DNA of 64,000 nucleotides from Nitrospirota bacterium (GCA_963710375.1 CAVPZX010000007.1:1-64000); one strand, 5' to 3'. Shown: positions 49,027-59,240, counted from the first letter of the stretch. Translations and numbers: made by a program. The notes: a model not told the origin generated them from the letters alone.

Positions 49027-49854
49027 ATGGTTTCCGGTTTGGCAAGGGATACGATACGTCTTGCCCTTCTCGAAGATCTCGGACATGGCGATATAACCTC
49101 ATTGCTGATCGTGGCGGAAGGCAAGGTTGCGAAAGCAACCATACGCGCTAAAGAAGACCTCGTCGTGGCCGGAATGCCTTTTGTCAAAGAGGTTTTTTCG
49201 GTAGTTGATCCCTGCATAGAAATAAAATCTTTTTTTAATGAGGGTGACGAGATAGTAAAGGGAGCGGTAATAGCAGAGGTGACGGGAAATGCGCGGGCAC
49301 TGCTCGCAGGAGAGCGGACTGCGCTTAACTTACTTCAGCGTGTATCCGGCATCGCAACGCTGACGCATTCGTACAAGAAGCTTGTTTCAGACCTGAGAGT
49401 CAAAATTGTTGACACGCGGAAGACCTCGCCCGGAATGCGTTTTTTTGAAAAGTATGGGGTCCGCACCGGCGGCGGTGATAATCATCGTTACGGGCTTTAT
49501 GACGGAGTGCTCATAAAAGACAACCACATCAGAATTGCCGGAGGGATCAAGGAAGCTGTGAGGCTGGCAAAAAAAACTCACCACTTGTTGAAGATAGAAG
49601 TGGAAGTCGGAAATTTTGATGAACTCCGGGAAGCTCTGGACGCAGGGGCGGATGTAATTATGCTCGATAACATGTCCTCAAGTGATATGACGCAGGCTGT
49701 AAAGATTACAAACGGCAGGGCACTTCTTGAGGCATCAGGCAATATAAATATTGATAATATCAGAACAATTGCAGAAACCGGAGTTGACCTGATATCCATC
49801 GGTGCCCTGACTCATTCAGCAAGGGCTGTGGATATAAGCATGAAAATAGTCTGA
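49027..49854 (+). CDS. nadC: quinolinate phosphoribosyltransferase
   Basis: EDLG.GDITS, ERTALN, DTRKT.PG.R, NHR, LIKDNHI, EVEV, MLDN, EASG. Confidence 0.96.
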   Translation: MVSGLARDTIRLALLEDLGHGDITSLLIVAEGKVAKATIRAKEDLVVAGMPFVKEVFSVVDPCIEIKSFFNEGDEIVKGAVIAEVTGNARALLAGERTALNLLQRVSGIATLTHSYKKLVSDLRVKIVDTRKTSPGMRFFEKYGVRTGGGDNHRYGLYDGVLIKDNHIRIAGGIKEAVRLAKKTHHLLKIEVEVGNFDELREALDAGADVIMLDNMSSSDMTQAVKITNGRALLEASGNINIDNIRTIAETGVDLISIGALTHSARAVDISMKIV

Positions 49855-49857
49855 ATT

Positions 49858-50889
49858 ATGGAAGAAATTACATATAAGAAAGCAGGTGTTGATATTGACG
49901 AGGGGGACCGCTTTGTCCGCCTTATTTCACCTGTTGTAAGAAAAACGTTCAGGCCTGAAGTCCTCACTGACATCGGTTCCTTCGGCGCCTTATTTAAGCT
50001 TGACACCGTACGTTATAAAGATCCGGTGCTGGTGAGCGGGACCGACGGCGTAGGGACGAAACTCAAAATAGCATTCATGGCGGACAAGCATGATACAGTG
50101 GGCATTGACCTTGTGGCAATGTGTGTTAATGATATTATCACCCTTGGTGCAGAACCGCTTTTTTTTCTCGATTATTTTGCCACTGGTAAGCTCGATGCAG
50201 ATAAGGCCAAGGATGTGGTCAAGGGCATTGCCGACGGATGCAGCGAGGCGGGGTGTTCTCTGATCGGAGGAGAGACCGCTGAAATGCCCGGTTTTTACCA
50301 GGACAAGGAATATGATCTTGCAGGTTTTGCTGTAGGAGTCGTCGAAAAAAGCGGTATTGTGAGCGGCGAAAGGATCGAAGCCGGCGATGCGATTATAGGG
50401 ATAGCATCGAGCGGTCTTCACAGCAATGGATATTCCCTGGCCAGGAAGATTTTTTTTGAAGTCGCGCATTTTGAGGTTGATAAATACATGCCTGAGCTGA
50501 ACGCTTCACTCGGGGAGATACTGCTTGCCCCGACAAGAATATATGTCAATGCCGTTAATGCGCTTAAAGAACACGCCGACATAAAAGGAATGGCGCATAT
50601 CACCGGAGGCGGTATTACCGGCAATGTGCCCAGGATTTTAAGGGACGGACTTACCGCTGTGATAAAGGAGAACTCGTGGCCTGTCCCGCCGGTTTTTAAT
50701 GTCCTGAAGGCTCTGGGCAATGTTCCGGACAGCGATATGAAAAAAACATTTAATTTGGGTATCGGTTATGTTATAGTAGTTCCTGAAGAAGTTTCTGACC
50801 TGTCCATTTCAAATTTAAAACATTATGGATTTGATGCATATCATATTGGTTTTGTTGAAAAGGGAGGGGGAAAAATTCGGTATGCATAA
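49858..50889 (+). CDS. purM: AIR synthetase
   Basis: TYKKAGVDI, GTDGVGTK, GIDLVAMCVND, GGETAEMPG, SSGLHSNGYSL, HITGGG. Confidence 0.97.
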   Translation: MEEITYKKAGVDIDEGDRFVRLISPVVRKTFRPEVLTDIGSFGALFKLDTVRYKDPVLVSGTDGVGTKLKIAFMADKHDTVGIDLVAMCVNDIITLGAEPLFFLDYFATGKLDADKAKDVVKGIADGCSEAGCSLIGGETAEMPGFYQDKEYDLAGFAVGVVEKSGIVSGERIEAGDAIIGIASSGLHSNGYSLARKIFFEVAHFEVDKYMPELNASLGEILLAPTRIYVNAVNALKEHADIKGMAHITGGGITGNVPRILRDGLTAVIKENSWPVPPVFNVLKALGNVPDSDMKKTFNLGIGYVIVVPEEVSDLSISNLKHYGFDAYHIGFVEKGGGKIRYA

Positions 50890-51748
50890 AGCAAAAATTC
50901 TTCTAAGAAGGCTTTTCACTCCCGTTTCCATAATGCTCATCCCCCATGACAGCAAGCGCACCATAAATTTTAAATTGCCGTCGATCGGCATTGTTGCTTC
51001 GGTAATTCTATGGATTGTGGGCTCAGTCTACGTTATTTCTATTGCTGTCAGCACTGTCGAATACTACCAAATGAAGAACAAACTGAGTTTTTATACCGCC
51101 CAGTTTACTCAACTGCAGTCCACCATAACTTCTCTGAAAAAAGCCGAGTTGGAATTTGAAAGGCTGTTGTCATTCGGGACCAAAAATAAAATACTCGAAA
51201 ATGTCGACACTAAGATGACCGCTCATGATACCGGTTCAATCGATATGGACTTGTTGCAGGAGCAGATAAGAAAAACGGTTGAAAGCGTCGGGGCAATAAA
51301 AGACTTCTTGAAAGGCCAGAAAGATATTTATGTTGCGACACCGAGAGGGTGGCCCATTGACGGCAGGGTCACATCTGAATTCGGACCCAGAGAAAATCCG
51401 AGGGACGGCAGTCCGGAATTCCATTCAGGCATCGACATATCAGCTCGGGATGGTACCCCGGTACGGGCGACCGCCGATGGCATTGTCAGTTTCGCCGGTT
51501 GGAGCAAGGGCAGCGGGAATCTTGTAGTTCTCGAACACGGGTTCAGTTATTCCACATGTTATGCGCATAATAGTTCAATTATAGTGAGTGTGGGGAAGAA
51601 GGTGCGTAGAGGTGATATTATCTCGTACTCCGGCTCCACTGGCGATTCTACCGGACCTCACCTTCACTATGAGGTACGGCATGATGGCAAAGCGATTAAT
51701 CCACGCGAATTTATTATGGAGGCAAGGAATGTTCACAAGGAAAAATAA
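50882..51748 (+). CDS. M23 family metallopeptidase
   Basis: TM and coiled coil, HSGID, YAH, TGPHLHYEV. Confidence 0.92.
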   Translation: MHKAKILLRRLFTPVSIMLIPHDSKRTINFKLPSIGIVASVILWIVGSVYVISIAVSTVEYYQMKNKLSFYTAQFTQLQSTITSLKKAELEFERLLSFGTKNKILENVDTKMTAHDTGSIDMDLLQEQIRKTVESVGAIKDFLKGQKDIYVATPRGWPIDGRVTSEFGPRENPRDGSPEFHSGIDISARDGTPVRATADGIVSFAGWSKGSGNLVVLEHGFSYSTCYAHNSSIIVSVGKKVRRGDIISYSGSTGDSTGPHLHYEVRHDGKAINPREFIMEARNVHKEK

Positions 51749-52109
51749 TAAACTGGAAGCCCTGATAGGTCCGAATTCGGAATTCAGGGGAGATATTACG
51801 ACGCAGGGCACATTTCGAATTGACGGCGTCTTTTCCGGCAATATCATTGCTGACTGGGTCATTCTCGGCGAAAGCGGCTCTATTAATGGTGATATAACGG
51901 CCCGTTCTGTCATCATCGGCGGCAAAGTGGACGGCAATGTGAGGGCCGAGGAACTTGTGGAGATCAAACATACTGGTCAGCTCACGGGAGACATCAATAC
52001 AAGAAAGTTGTCTGTTGCCGAAGGCGGGGTCTTTGAAGGACGTTCCCTGGTACAGAAGGATGAGTCCAAGATAGTCGATTTCCCCGGCAAAGAAGCGCTT
52101 ACCAAATAA
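51729..52109 (+). CDS. bactofilin
   Basis: LIG....F.GDI...G.FRIDG...GNI; G.V.GNV.A; V.EG.VFEG. Confidence 0.92.
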   Translation: MFTRKNNKLEALIGPNSEFRGDITTQGTFRIDGVFSGNIIADWVILGESGSINGDITARSVIIGGKVDGNVRAEELVEIKHTGQLTGDINTRKLSVAEGGVFEGRSLVQKDESKIVDFPGKEALTK

Positions 52110-52128
52110 AGCGCTAACCTCTTTTTAG

Positions 52129-54057
52129 ATGAAACAGGTTTTTCTTGAAACCGCATCGCTTGAAAAAGCCCTTGAGCTTCTCTTCAGGCGCCTTGACGAG
52201 CTTGGATTGAAGGCCCTTCCTGCCGAGATTGTCCGTGTTATCGATACTCTAGGGAGGGTTGCTGCAGAGCCGGTTTTTGCAAAGTATTCGTCTCCTTTTT
52301 ATCATTCCGCTGCGATGGACGGCTATGCAGTCAGGTGTGCGGATACGTTTACAGCTGCTGAAACAGCTCCACTTTTGTTGAAGACCGGCAGTCAAGCAAT
52401 CTATGTTGATACCGGCGATCCAATGCCGGAAGGATTCAATGCAGTCATCATGATAGAAGATGTGAATCTGTCTGGTGGTCATATCGAGATTTACCAACCA
52501 GTGACTCCTTACCAGAATGTGCGGACAATCGGTGAAGATATTGTAGCTACGGAGTTGATAATTCCTGAAAATCATATTATAAGACCGATTGACATAGGAG
52601 CGATGCTTGCCAGCGGGCATCTCGAAATAAAGGTCAGGAGAAAGCCCATACTGGCCATTATCCCTACAGGTACCGAAATCATTGAGCCTGAAAAGGTGAA
52701 AGAGCGCCCGCCGGTTCCACCGGAAATTATCGAATATAATTCTGCAATGCTTCAGGGACTTGCTCTGGACCTCAATACAGAACCCATACGGTTCACTATT
52801 GTTAAAGATGATCTTGAAGCCATTAGAAAGGCTCTCTACGATGCATCCCTGTTGTCAGATATTGTTGTTATTAATGCGGGTGCTGGAAGAGGTTCAGAAG
52901 ATTACACTCTTGAGGCGATACGATCTCTTGGAGAGGTGCTCGTCAACGGTGTATCTATTAAGCCCGGGAAGCCTGTTATCATCGGCATTATTAACAACAA
53001 ACCGGTATTCGGCATCCCCGGGTATCCTGTATCAGCCTACATCACTTTCCAACTTTTTGTCAGGCCTGTAGTAGCAAGGTTGTCAGCTGTACCAGCATTA
53101 GTCGGTGAGGAGATACAAGCGGTAATTTCGAGGCAAATAGCATCATCGCTTGGCATCGATGAATTCATCCGGGTGAAAGTGGGAGTTGTCGGCGATAAGC
53201 AGATCGCAACCCCGGTTGGCAGGGGAGCTGGATTGCTTATGTCACTGGTGAGGGCTGATGGAATAATTAAAATACCAGCAGATTCAGAGGGATTGAGTGC
53301 AGGACATAAAGTAACAGTTGAGCTGCTGAGGAATAAGGACGAGATAAAAAACACTATTGTCTGCATTGGAAGCCATGATAATACACTCGATTTATTGGCC
53401 AATAGTATAAAAAAGAATTATCCTGACTACTCATTGTCCTCTGCCCATGTAGGGTCTATGGGAGGATTGATGGCTCTCAAACGGGGAGAGGCGCATTGTG
53501 CCGGAACACATCTGCTCGATGAAAGCTCCGGAGAATATAATGTACCCTTCATGAAACAGTTTTTTCCGGATCGGAAAATGGTTCTCGTAAATCTTGTATA
53601 CCGGCAGCAGGGACTTCTTATAAAGAAAGATAATCCTAAAAATATAAACGGATTTGAAGACCTCCTGAGGGATGATGTGCTATTTATAAACAGGCAGCCG
53701 GGTTCAGGCACGCGATTGCTGCTCGATAAATATCTTAAAGAAAAGGGCATCAGTCCGTCTATGATCAAAGGGTATGAAAAGGACGAATACACGCATATGG
53801 CTGTTGCATCGGCTGTGCTAACAGGACTTGCCGATACAGGGCTTGCCATTTACTCATCCGCAAAGGCACTCGATCTTAATTTTATCCCTGTTGCCAACGA
53901 ACGCTATGATATTGCAATCCCGTATGAGTTCATGGAGACAGAGATGCTTCATATTATGCTTCGGGTAATACGGGAGGATGAAGAATTCAGGAGTACAGTG
54001 CGGTCCCTGGGCGGGTATGATACCAGGGACATGGGGAAGGTGCTTTTTGAGGGTTAG
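52129..54057 (+). CDS. moeA: molybdopterin molybdenumtransferase MoeA fused to a C-terminal PBP domain
   Basis: SAAMDGYAV, DTGDP.P, PTGTE, IKPGKP, PGYPVSA; then GSHD, VGSMGGL, FINRQ.GSGTR. Confidence 0.92.
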   Translation: MKQVFLETASLEKALELLFRRLDELGLKALPAEIVRVIDTLGRVAAEPVFAKYSSPFYHSAAMDGYAVRCADTFTAAETAPLLLKTGSQAIYVDTGDPMPEGFNAVIMIEDVNLSGGHIEIYQPVTPYQNVRTIGEDIVATELIIPENHIIRPIDIGAMLASGHLEIKVRRKPILAIIPTGTEIIEPEKVKERPPVPPEIIEYNSAMLQGLALDLNTEPIRFTIVKDDLEAIRKALYDASLLSDIVVINAGAGRGSEDYTLEAIRSLGEVLVNGVSIKPGKPVIIGIINNKPVFGIPGYPVSAYITFQLFVRPVVARLSAVPALVGEEIQAVISRQIASSLGIDEFIRVKVGVVGDKQIATPVGRGAGLLMSLVRADGIIKIPADSEGLSAGHKVTVELLRNKDEIKNTIVCIGSHDNTLDLLANSIKKNYPDYSLSSAHVGSMGGLMALKRGEAHCAGTHLLDESSGEYNVPFMKQFFPDRKMVLVNLVYRQQGLLIKKDNPKNINGFEDLLRDDVLFINRQPGSGTRLLLDKYLKEKGISPSMIKGYEKDEYTHMAVASAVLTGLADTGLAIYSSAKALDLNFIPVANERYDIAIPYEFMETEMLHIMLRVIREDEEFRSTVRSLGGYDTRDMGKVLFEG

Positions 54058-54068
54058 TGCGCGAGCCC

Positions 54069-55229
54069 TCAGTCTGTTTTTATCGGTAACTCGCTGAAAC
54101 TTATATCTGGGTCGTTATCCGGGATAATGCGTTTGGCCCCGATAAAATGCCTGAAATAGTAAGGGGTTTCGAGACTGTCGATCGTTATCTTTTTGGAAAG
54201 CGAAGATGCATGAATAAAAAGATTATTCCCCAGGTATATCCCTACATGCGAGGGAAACGATGCATATGTTCTGAAAAAGACGAGATCTCCTGTTGCAAGG
54301 TCATCTTTGTCAACAGATTCACCGATGTTAAACTGCTCACGGGCACTGCGCGGAATATTCTGTCCGATAAAGCTATACACTTTTTGTACATACGCAGAGC
54401 AATCCAGTCCGAAAGACCCGTTTCCGCCGAAACGGTAGGGGAGGTGAAGCATTTTTTTGGCAAAAAGAACCAGGCGTTCTTGTATGCTTAGATCTGCAAG
54501 AACATCTTCTGAAGTAGACAGTTCTTTGACTTCTTCCAGACGGGCTGAAGTAACGGCTGGTGTGGCTTTTTCAGCAGGAATGCCGTAAGCTTTAGTCGTC
54601 TCTTCCTTCACCTCGGTGTTTATTTTTGCAAGGTAAATTTTTTGACCTGCTTTTAGGGCATTGCCTTTCAACCCGTTTATTTCTTTCAGATCATCTCCGC
54701 TAAGCCTGAACCGCTTTGCAACTTTGCGGACAGTATCTCCTTTTCTGGCAACATATGTATTGGGCGTATGACTTCTGCGTTTGATTGAAATGTGCTGACC
54801 GACCTTTAATCTGCCTTTCTTAAGGTTATTGGCATTTCGTAATTCATTTACTGTGATCCCGTACTTTTTTGCAACCGATATTAACGTGTCTCCTTTTTTT
54901 ACTATATGAACTGTCTCCTTGATTTCAGTTGATGGTTTATTAGAGACCAAATGTTTTGCCGGATATTTTTTGGAACTATGAGCGGCCTCTTTATTCCTGT
55001 GTTTTTTTTCAGAATTCGGAAGGGACAGCTTTGTCCCTATACTTAATTTGGAAGACTTCAGCCCGTTGGATTCTTTAATTTCGGAAACGCTGATGCTGTA
55101 CTTTTTTGAAATCCTCTGTAATGTATCGCCCTTCCTTACCGAGTAAGAGATATGTGCTGATGATGTTGAAGCGAAAGAAACAAGAATGATAAAGGATAGT
55201 ATTGCATATAAACCTTTCAGCTGTTTCAT
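54069..55229 (-). CDS. 3xLysM + NlpC/P60 peptidoglycan endopeptidase
   Basis: Signal peptide, three (V/A)xKGDT LysM repeats, PYRFGG..GLDCSAY, HVGIY, FIHAS. Confidence 0.93.
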   Translation of the reverse strand: MKQLKGLYAILSFIILVSFASTSSAHISYSVRKGDTLQRISKKYSISVSEIKESNGLKSSKLSIGTKLSLPNSEKKHRNKEAAHSSKKYPAKHLVSNKPSTEIKETVHIVKKGDTLISVAKKYGITVNELRNANNLKKGRLKVGQHISIKRRSHTPNTYVARKGDTVRKVAKRFRLSGDDLKEINGLKGNALKAGQKIYLAKINTEVKEETTKAYGIPAEKATPAVTSARLEEVKELSTSEDVLADLSIQERLVLFAKKMLHLPYRFGGNGSFGLDCSAYVQKVYSFIGQNIPRSAREQFNIGESVDKDDLATGDLVFFRTYASFPSHVGIYLGNNLFIHASSLSKKITIDSLETPYYFRHFIGAKRIIPDNDPDISFSELPIKTD

Positions 55230-55250
55230 GCTGCATCCTCCCGTTTAAAG

Positions 55251-55292
55251 CAGGTTAAGGCAAAGGTTAAGGTTGAGAAAAACCCTTGACCT
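55251..55292. repeat. AAGGTT hexamer repeat (same family as 39086)
   Basis: caggttaaggcaaaggttaaggttgag. Confidence 0.55.
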
Positions 55293-55297
55293 TTTTT

Positions 55298-55828
55298 TCA
55301 TGCTGCATCTTCCTTTAAAAAATCACTGATAGGCGGCAATTCGCTTAAACTTTTGAGACCAAAATATTGCAAGAACTCCTTTGTCGTACCATAAAGAAAA
55401 GGCCTGCCCGGCGTCTCCTTTTTGCCGACAATTTTAATAAAATGCTTATCCAGCACGCTCTTGATTGGACCATCAGAATTAACACCCCGCAGCTGGTCTA
55501 CCTCGAGTTTTGTTACAGGCTGCTTGTATGCAATAATAGCGAGTGTTTCAAGGGCAGGCTGCGAGAGTTTGTTTGACTGGCTGACGTGTTTAAAACGCTT
55601 AATCCAGAGGGCATGATCCTGATCGGTGACCATCTGGTATCCCTCAGCAATACCAATGACAAGGATACCGGAATTCCTAGACTTATAGTTGGATGCCAAT
55701 TCATCCAGCAGTTTCTTGATTTCCTGTTCAGGGAGATCCGTAGCCTTTGAAAGGCTGCTGATGGTTACGGGTTCTCCGGCAACAAATAGCAGCGCCTCAA
55801 GAACCGCTTTTTTAAGGGAATCCTCCAT
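55298..55828 (-). CDS. scpB: SMC-Scp complex subunit ScpB
   Basis: EALLF.AGEP, LS..ALETLAIIAYKQPVT, RGV, PGRP.LYGTT..FL..FGL. Confidence 0.95.
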   Translation of the reverse strand: MEDSLKKAVLEALLFVAGEPVTISSLSKATDLPEQEIKKLLDELASNYKSRNSGILVIGIAEGYQMVTDQDHALWIKRFKHVSQSNKLSQPALETLAIIAYKQPVTKLEVDQLRGVNSDGPIKSVLDKHFIKIVGKKETPGRPFLYGTTKEFLQYFGLKSLSELPPISDFLKEDAA

Positions 55829-55836
55829 TGCTGAAC

Positions 55837-55865
55837 ATTATAACAAAGCGTTACTTGAAATTCAA
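55837..55865 (-). promoter_or_regulatory. sigma70 promoter of scpB
   Basis: TTGAAT-N17-TATAAT with extended TG; ATG 8 nt downstream. Confidence 0.65.
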
Positions 55866-55924
55866 ACAAATAATTGGTTAAAGTAAACGAGTAGTGGGTC
55901 AAAGCAGCGCCGGAGAGAGCGTTT

Positions 55925-55979
55925 ACCACAGAGCCACTGAAACACAGAGGATAAAATGCCTGTATCTGTGCCACTGTGG
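55925..55979. repeat. degenerate inverted CACAGAG element
   Basis: ccacagagccactgaaacacagag ... tctgtgccactgtgg. Confidence 0.5.
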
Positions 55980-56019
55980 CTGATTTTAACAATACAAATT
56001 ACTTTGCGAGGGGACATAA

Positions 56020-56805
56020 ATGATGATTAGATTTGCCGCAGTGCTTGCCGCAGTGATTTTATTTTTTAATGCAGTTCCAGGTCACACTTTCAGTGAGAGC
56101 GGATGTGACGGTGATTGCAAAAAATGTCATTCACTCACCAATGAGGAAGCTATGGGCATGCTCAAAAAAATGAACTCTGCTGCAAAAGTTGTCGGTATCC
56201 AAATGAGTCCTGTTAAGGGACTATGGGAAGTCACCATTGACAATATGGGCAGGAAAGGCATTTTCTATACGGATTTTTCAAAGAAATTTATGATAGCCGG
56301 ACCTATCGTAGAGCTTGATAATGGATCCAACAGGACGCGGGAAAGCGTTGAAAGATTACAGAACAACAGGAAAGTAGATGTATCGAAGATTCCCCTCGGC
56401 AATGCCCTGGTATTAGGCAGTCGCAGCGCTCATAAAAAAGTGATTGTTTTTACCGATCCGGATTGCCCGTTCTGTGCAAGACTCGACAAGGAGATGAGAA
56501 AGGTGGTGGAGGAAAGGAAGGATATCGCTTTTTATATAAAATTGTTCCCTCTGCCTGCGCATAAAGATGCATATTGGAAGGCCACGGCTATAGAATGCAA
56601 GAGGTCATTGAAAATGATGGAGGACAATTTTGAAGGCAGACCTATCAGTAGGGACAACTGTGGCACAAAGGAAATTGACGACAATATAAAACTTGCCCAA
56701 TCCCTCGGCTTTTTTGGTACTCCAACACTGGTGCTCCCTGGTGGGACTGTGCACGAAGGAACGCTGCCGGCAGATAAGCTTATAGAGCTTATCAATGTTA
56801 AATAA
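56020..56805 (+). CDS. dsbC: DsbC family disulfide isomerase with N-terminal CxxCH
   Basis: Signal peptide, CDGDCKKCH, SPVKGLWEV, FTDPDCPFC, GTPT. Confidence 0.88.
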   Translation: MMIRFAAVLAAVILFFNAVPGHTFSESGCDGDCKKCHSLTNEEAMGMLKKMNSAAKVVGIQMSPVKGLWEVTIDNMGRKGIFYTDFSKKFMIAGPIVELDNGSNRTRESVERLQNNRKVDVSKIPLGNALVLGSRSAHKKVIVFTDPDCPFCARLDKEMRKVVEERKDIAFYIKLFPLPAHKDAYWKATAIECKRSLKMMEDNFEGRPISRDNCGTKEIDDNIKLAQSLGFFGTPTLVLPGGTVHEGTLPADKLIELINVK

Positions 56806-56832
56806 GCTTATACAACTTATCAGTGGTAGAAA

Positions 56833-57681
56833 ATGAGAGCTTACCACGAGACGCTGATTGTTTTATTGGCGGCCTCGCTTATTTTAGTCGTACTTTTTTT
56901 TCTCGCCGTTTATTTGCCCCGCCTTTTCAAGAAAAAGACACAGGAACCAGAACCTATTGAAATTAATACTCTTATGGGTGCTTTCAGTGCGCTTGGCGGT
57001 GAAATCAACTCCCTTAAAGAACAGCTCATATTGAAGGAAAGGCTTGCCGCGCTAGGAGAGGTGGCAGCAGGCATTGCTCACGAGTTCAGGAACCCCATGG
57101 GCGTTATTGCCGGGTATGCTAAGCTGCTCCTTAAAGGGCTGGAGGGTTCTGACGACAAAAAGGAAATTGTCCAGGCAATCCTGAATGAAATTGAAGAGAT
57201 GAACCGGGTCATGGAAGAACTGCTGAAGTTTTCAAAATCCGAACCAATAAACAGGATAGACATAGACCTGGTAAGTTTTATTACGGATACTGTAAAGAGC
57301 ATGGGGCAGACGGCATCCGAAATCAAATTCTCACCTTGTGGTCCTGTTTCAATCAAGGGAGATAAGACCCTTCTCAGACAGGCCCTTAAAAATCTTCTTC
57401 AGAACGCTGTCCATGCAGGCGATAAGATAAGGATAGATGTCGAACACACTGACCTGTCCGGCAGGCACGGGGTATATATTGCCATTAAGGATAACGGTAA
57501 AGGCATACCGGAGAGTGATTTTAATAAGATATTCATGCCATTTTATACTACAAAGAGCAGGGGCGCAGGAATCGGGCTGGCTCTTGTGCAGAAGATTGCA
57601 TTAGCTCATGGGGGCAGCGTGAGTGTGAACAGTAAAGAAGGGAAGGGCAGCACGTTCCGGCTGTTTTTGCCGGTGAATTAA
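56833..57681 (+). CDS. short single-TM histidine kinase (PilS-like position)
   Basis: AHEFRNP, NLLQNA, DNGKG, FMPFYTTK, GIGL. Confidence 0.9.
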   Translation: MRAYHETLIVLLAASLILVVLFFLAVYLPRLFKKKTQEPEPIEINTLMGAFSALGGEINSLKEQLILKERLAALGEVAAGIAHEFRNPMGVIAGYAKLLLKGLEGSDDKKEIVQAILNEIEEMNRVMEELLKFSKSEPINRIDIDLVSFITDTVKSMGQTASEIKFSPCGPVSIKGDKTLLRQALKNLLQNAVHAGDKIRIDVEHTDLSGRHGVYIAIKDNGKGIPESDFNKIFMPFYTTKSRGAGIGLALVQKIALAHGGSVSVNSKEGKGSTFRLFLPVN

Positions 57682-57697
57682 TGGACAAACATTAATT

Positions 57698-59050
57698 ATG
57701 CAAACTATTCTTATTGTTGAAGATCAGCAGAGCATGGCGGACATGCTCGCCAAGACGCTTGAGTCTGAAGGTTACACTGTTCGCTTAGCCATGACGTTAA
57801 GGGACGGGCTTGACGCGCTTTCCTCCGAGGACATCAGAGCGGTGATTACCGACCTGAGACTGCCTGACGGGGACGGAATGGAAATGGTGAAGGCAGCAAG
57901 GGAAGGGTCCCCTTTTATCCCGACAATAGTTATGACCGGGTTTGGCAGTATTGAAATTGCGGTCAATGCAATCAAAAAAGGGGCTTACGACTTTATCACT
58001 AAGCCGTTTGACCCCGACCATCTTATTTTGCTCCTTAGACGAGCCCTGGAAGAGCAGACTCTGCAGAAGGAGAATCTTGTCCTTAAGCACGAATTCTCAA
58101 AATTTCTTAAAATGCCTGAAATTATAGGGCTGAGCAGCCAATGGACTAATATAATGGAAAAAATCAAAAAAGTGGCGCCGCTCAAAACTACGGTACTTGT
58201 TCTTGGTGAAAGCGGAACTGGAAAGGAACTCGTTGCCAGGGCCATCCATTATCTAAGCCAGAGGGCCAAATATTCTTTTATTGCAGTTAATTGCGCTGCA
58301 ATACCTAAAGATTTAATTGAAAATGAAATATTCGGACACGAAAAGGGAGCTTTTAGCGGGGCTGCTGAGATCAAGCCAGGCAGGTTTGAACTTGCCGACA
58401 GGGGCACTATATTCCTTGATGAGATCGGTGATATGGAACTCTCATTGCAGTCAAAACTGTTGCGTGTGCTCCAGGAAAATGAGTTTGAACGCGTGGGCGG
58501 AACAAAAACCGTACGTGTCGATTTGCGCGTTATCGCGGCAAGCAACAAGAATCTCGAAAAAGAGGTTTCAGGAGGACACTTCAGGGAGGACCTGTTTTAC
58601 CGGTTGAATGTTTTCCCTATAATTATTCCACCCCTGCGGGAACGGAGGGAAGATATTATTCCGCTCGCAAGGCATTTTATCGGTATGTTTTCATCCGAAA
58701 TGAACAAAAAGGCTCCGCTGCTTTCTCCTGAATCCGAAAGGATGCTGCTGGAGAATGAATGGAGGGGAAACGCAAGAGAACTGAAAAACATTATAGAACG
58801 GGCGGTTATCCTATGCGACGGTCAGGTTCTCCAGCCGGAGTATTTCAATTTTGTCAAATGCGTACCAGAAGAACAGATAGGTGCTGAAGCCCCTTTATCT
58901 GAAATTGCCCAATTTGCAGTTAAAACCGCTGAAAAATCCCGGATAGAAACCGTTCTTACTCAAACAGGCGGCAATAAGAGCAGGGCAGCCGAAATACTTA
59001 AAGTAAGTTATAAAACATTGCTTACTAAGATCAAGGATTACAGGATATAA
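57698..59050 (+). CDS. sigma54-dependent response regulator (PilR/NtrC-like)
   Basis: REC, GESGTGKE, GAFSGA, FLDEIG, FREDLFYRLNV, Fis-type HTH. Confidence 0.94.
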   Translation: MQTILIVEDQQSMADMLAKTLESEGYTVRLAMTLRDGLDALSSEDIRAVITDLRLPDGDGMEMVKAAREGSPFIPTIVMTGFGSIEIAVNAIKKGAYDFITKPFDPDHLILLLRRALEEQTLQKENLVLKHEFSKFLKMPEIIGLSSQWTNIMEKIKKVAPLKTTVLVLGESGTGKELVARAIHYLSQRAKYSFIAVNCAAIPKDLIENEIFGHEKGAFSGAAEIKPGRFELADRGTIFLDEIGDMELSLQSKLLRVLQENEFERVGGTKTVRVDLRVIAASNKNLEKEVSGGHFREDLFYRLNVFPIIIPPLRERREDIIPLARHFIGMFSSEMNKKAPLLSPESERMLLENEWRGNARELKNIIERAVILCDGQVLQPEYFNFVKCVPEEQIGAEAPLSEIAQFAVKTAEKSRIETVLTQTGGNKSRAAEILKVSYKTLLTKIKDYRI

Positions 59051-59207
59051 TTAAAACATCTAATAGGTTATAGGTTTTTCCAATTACTCATCACCTGTGA
59101 CCTATTTATATGAATTGTCTTACATAATTATGTGTAACTAGTTGTATACTGCTATATTTCCAATCCGTAATTCCCTGATTTTAACAGCAAAAACATTTTC
59201 CGCTAAC

Positions 59208-59223
59208 CGGCATTGAAATTGCT
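59208..59223 (+). promoter_or_regulatory. sigma54 -24/-12 promoter
   Basis: CGGCAT-N5-TTGCT between the enhancer-binding protein gene and pilY1. Confidence 0.7.
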
Positions 59224-59240
59224 CTATAAACTATGAAATC

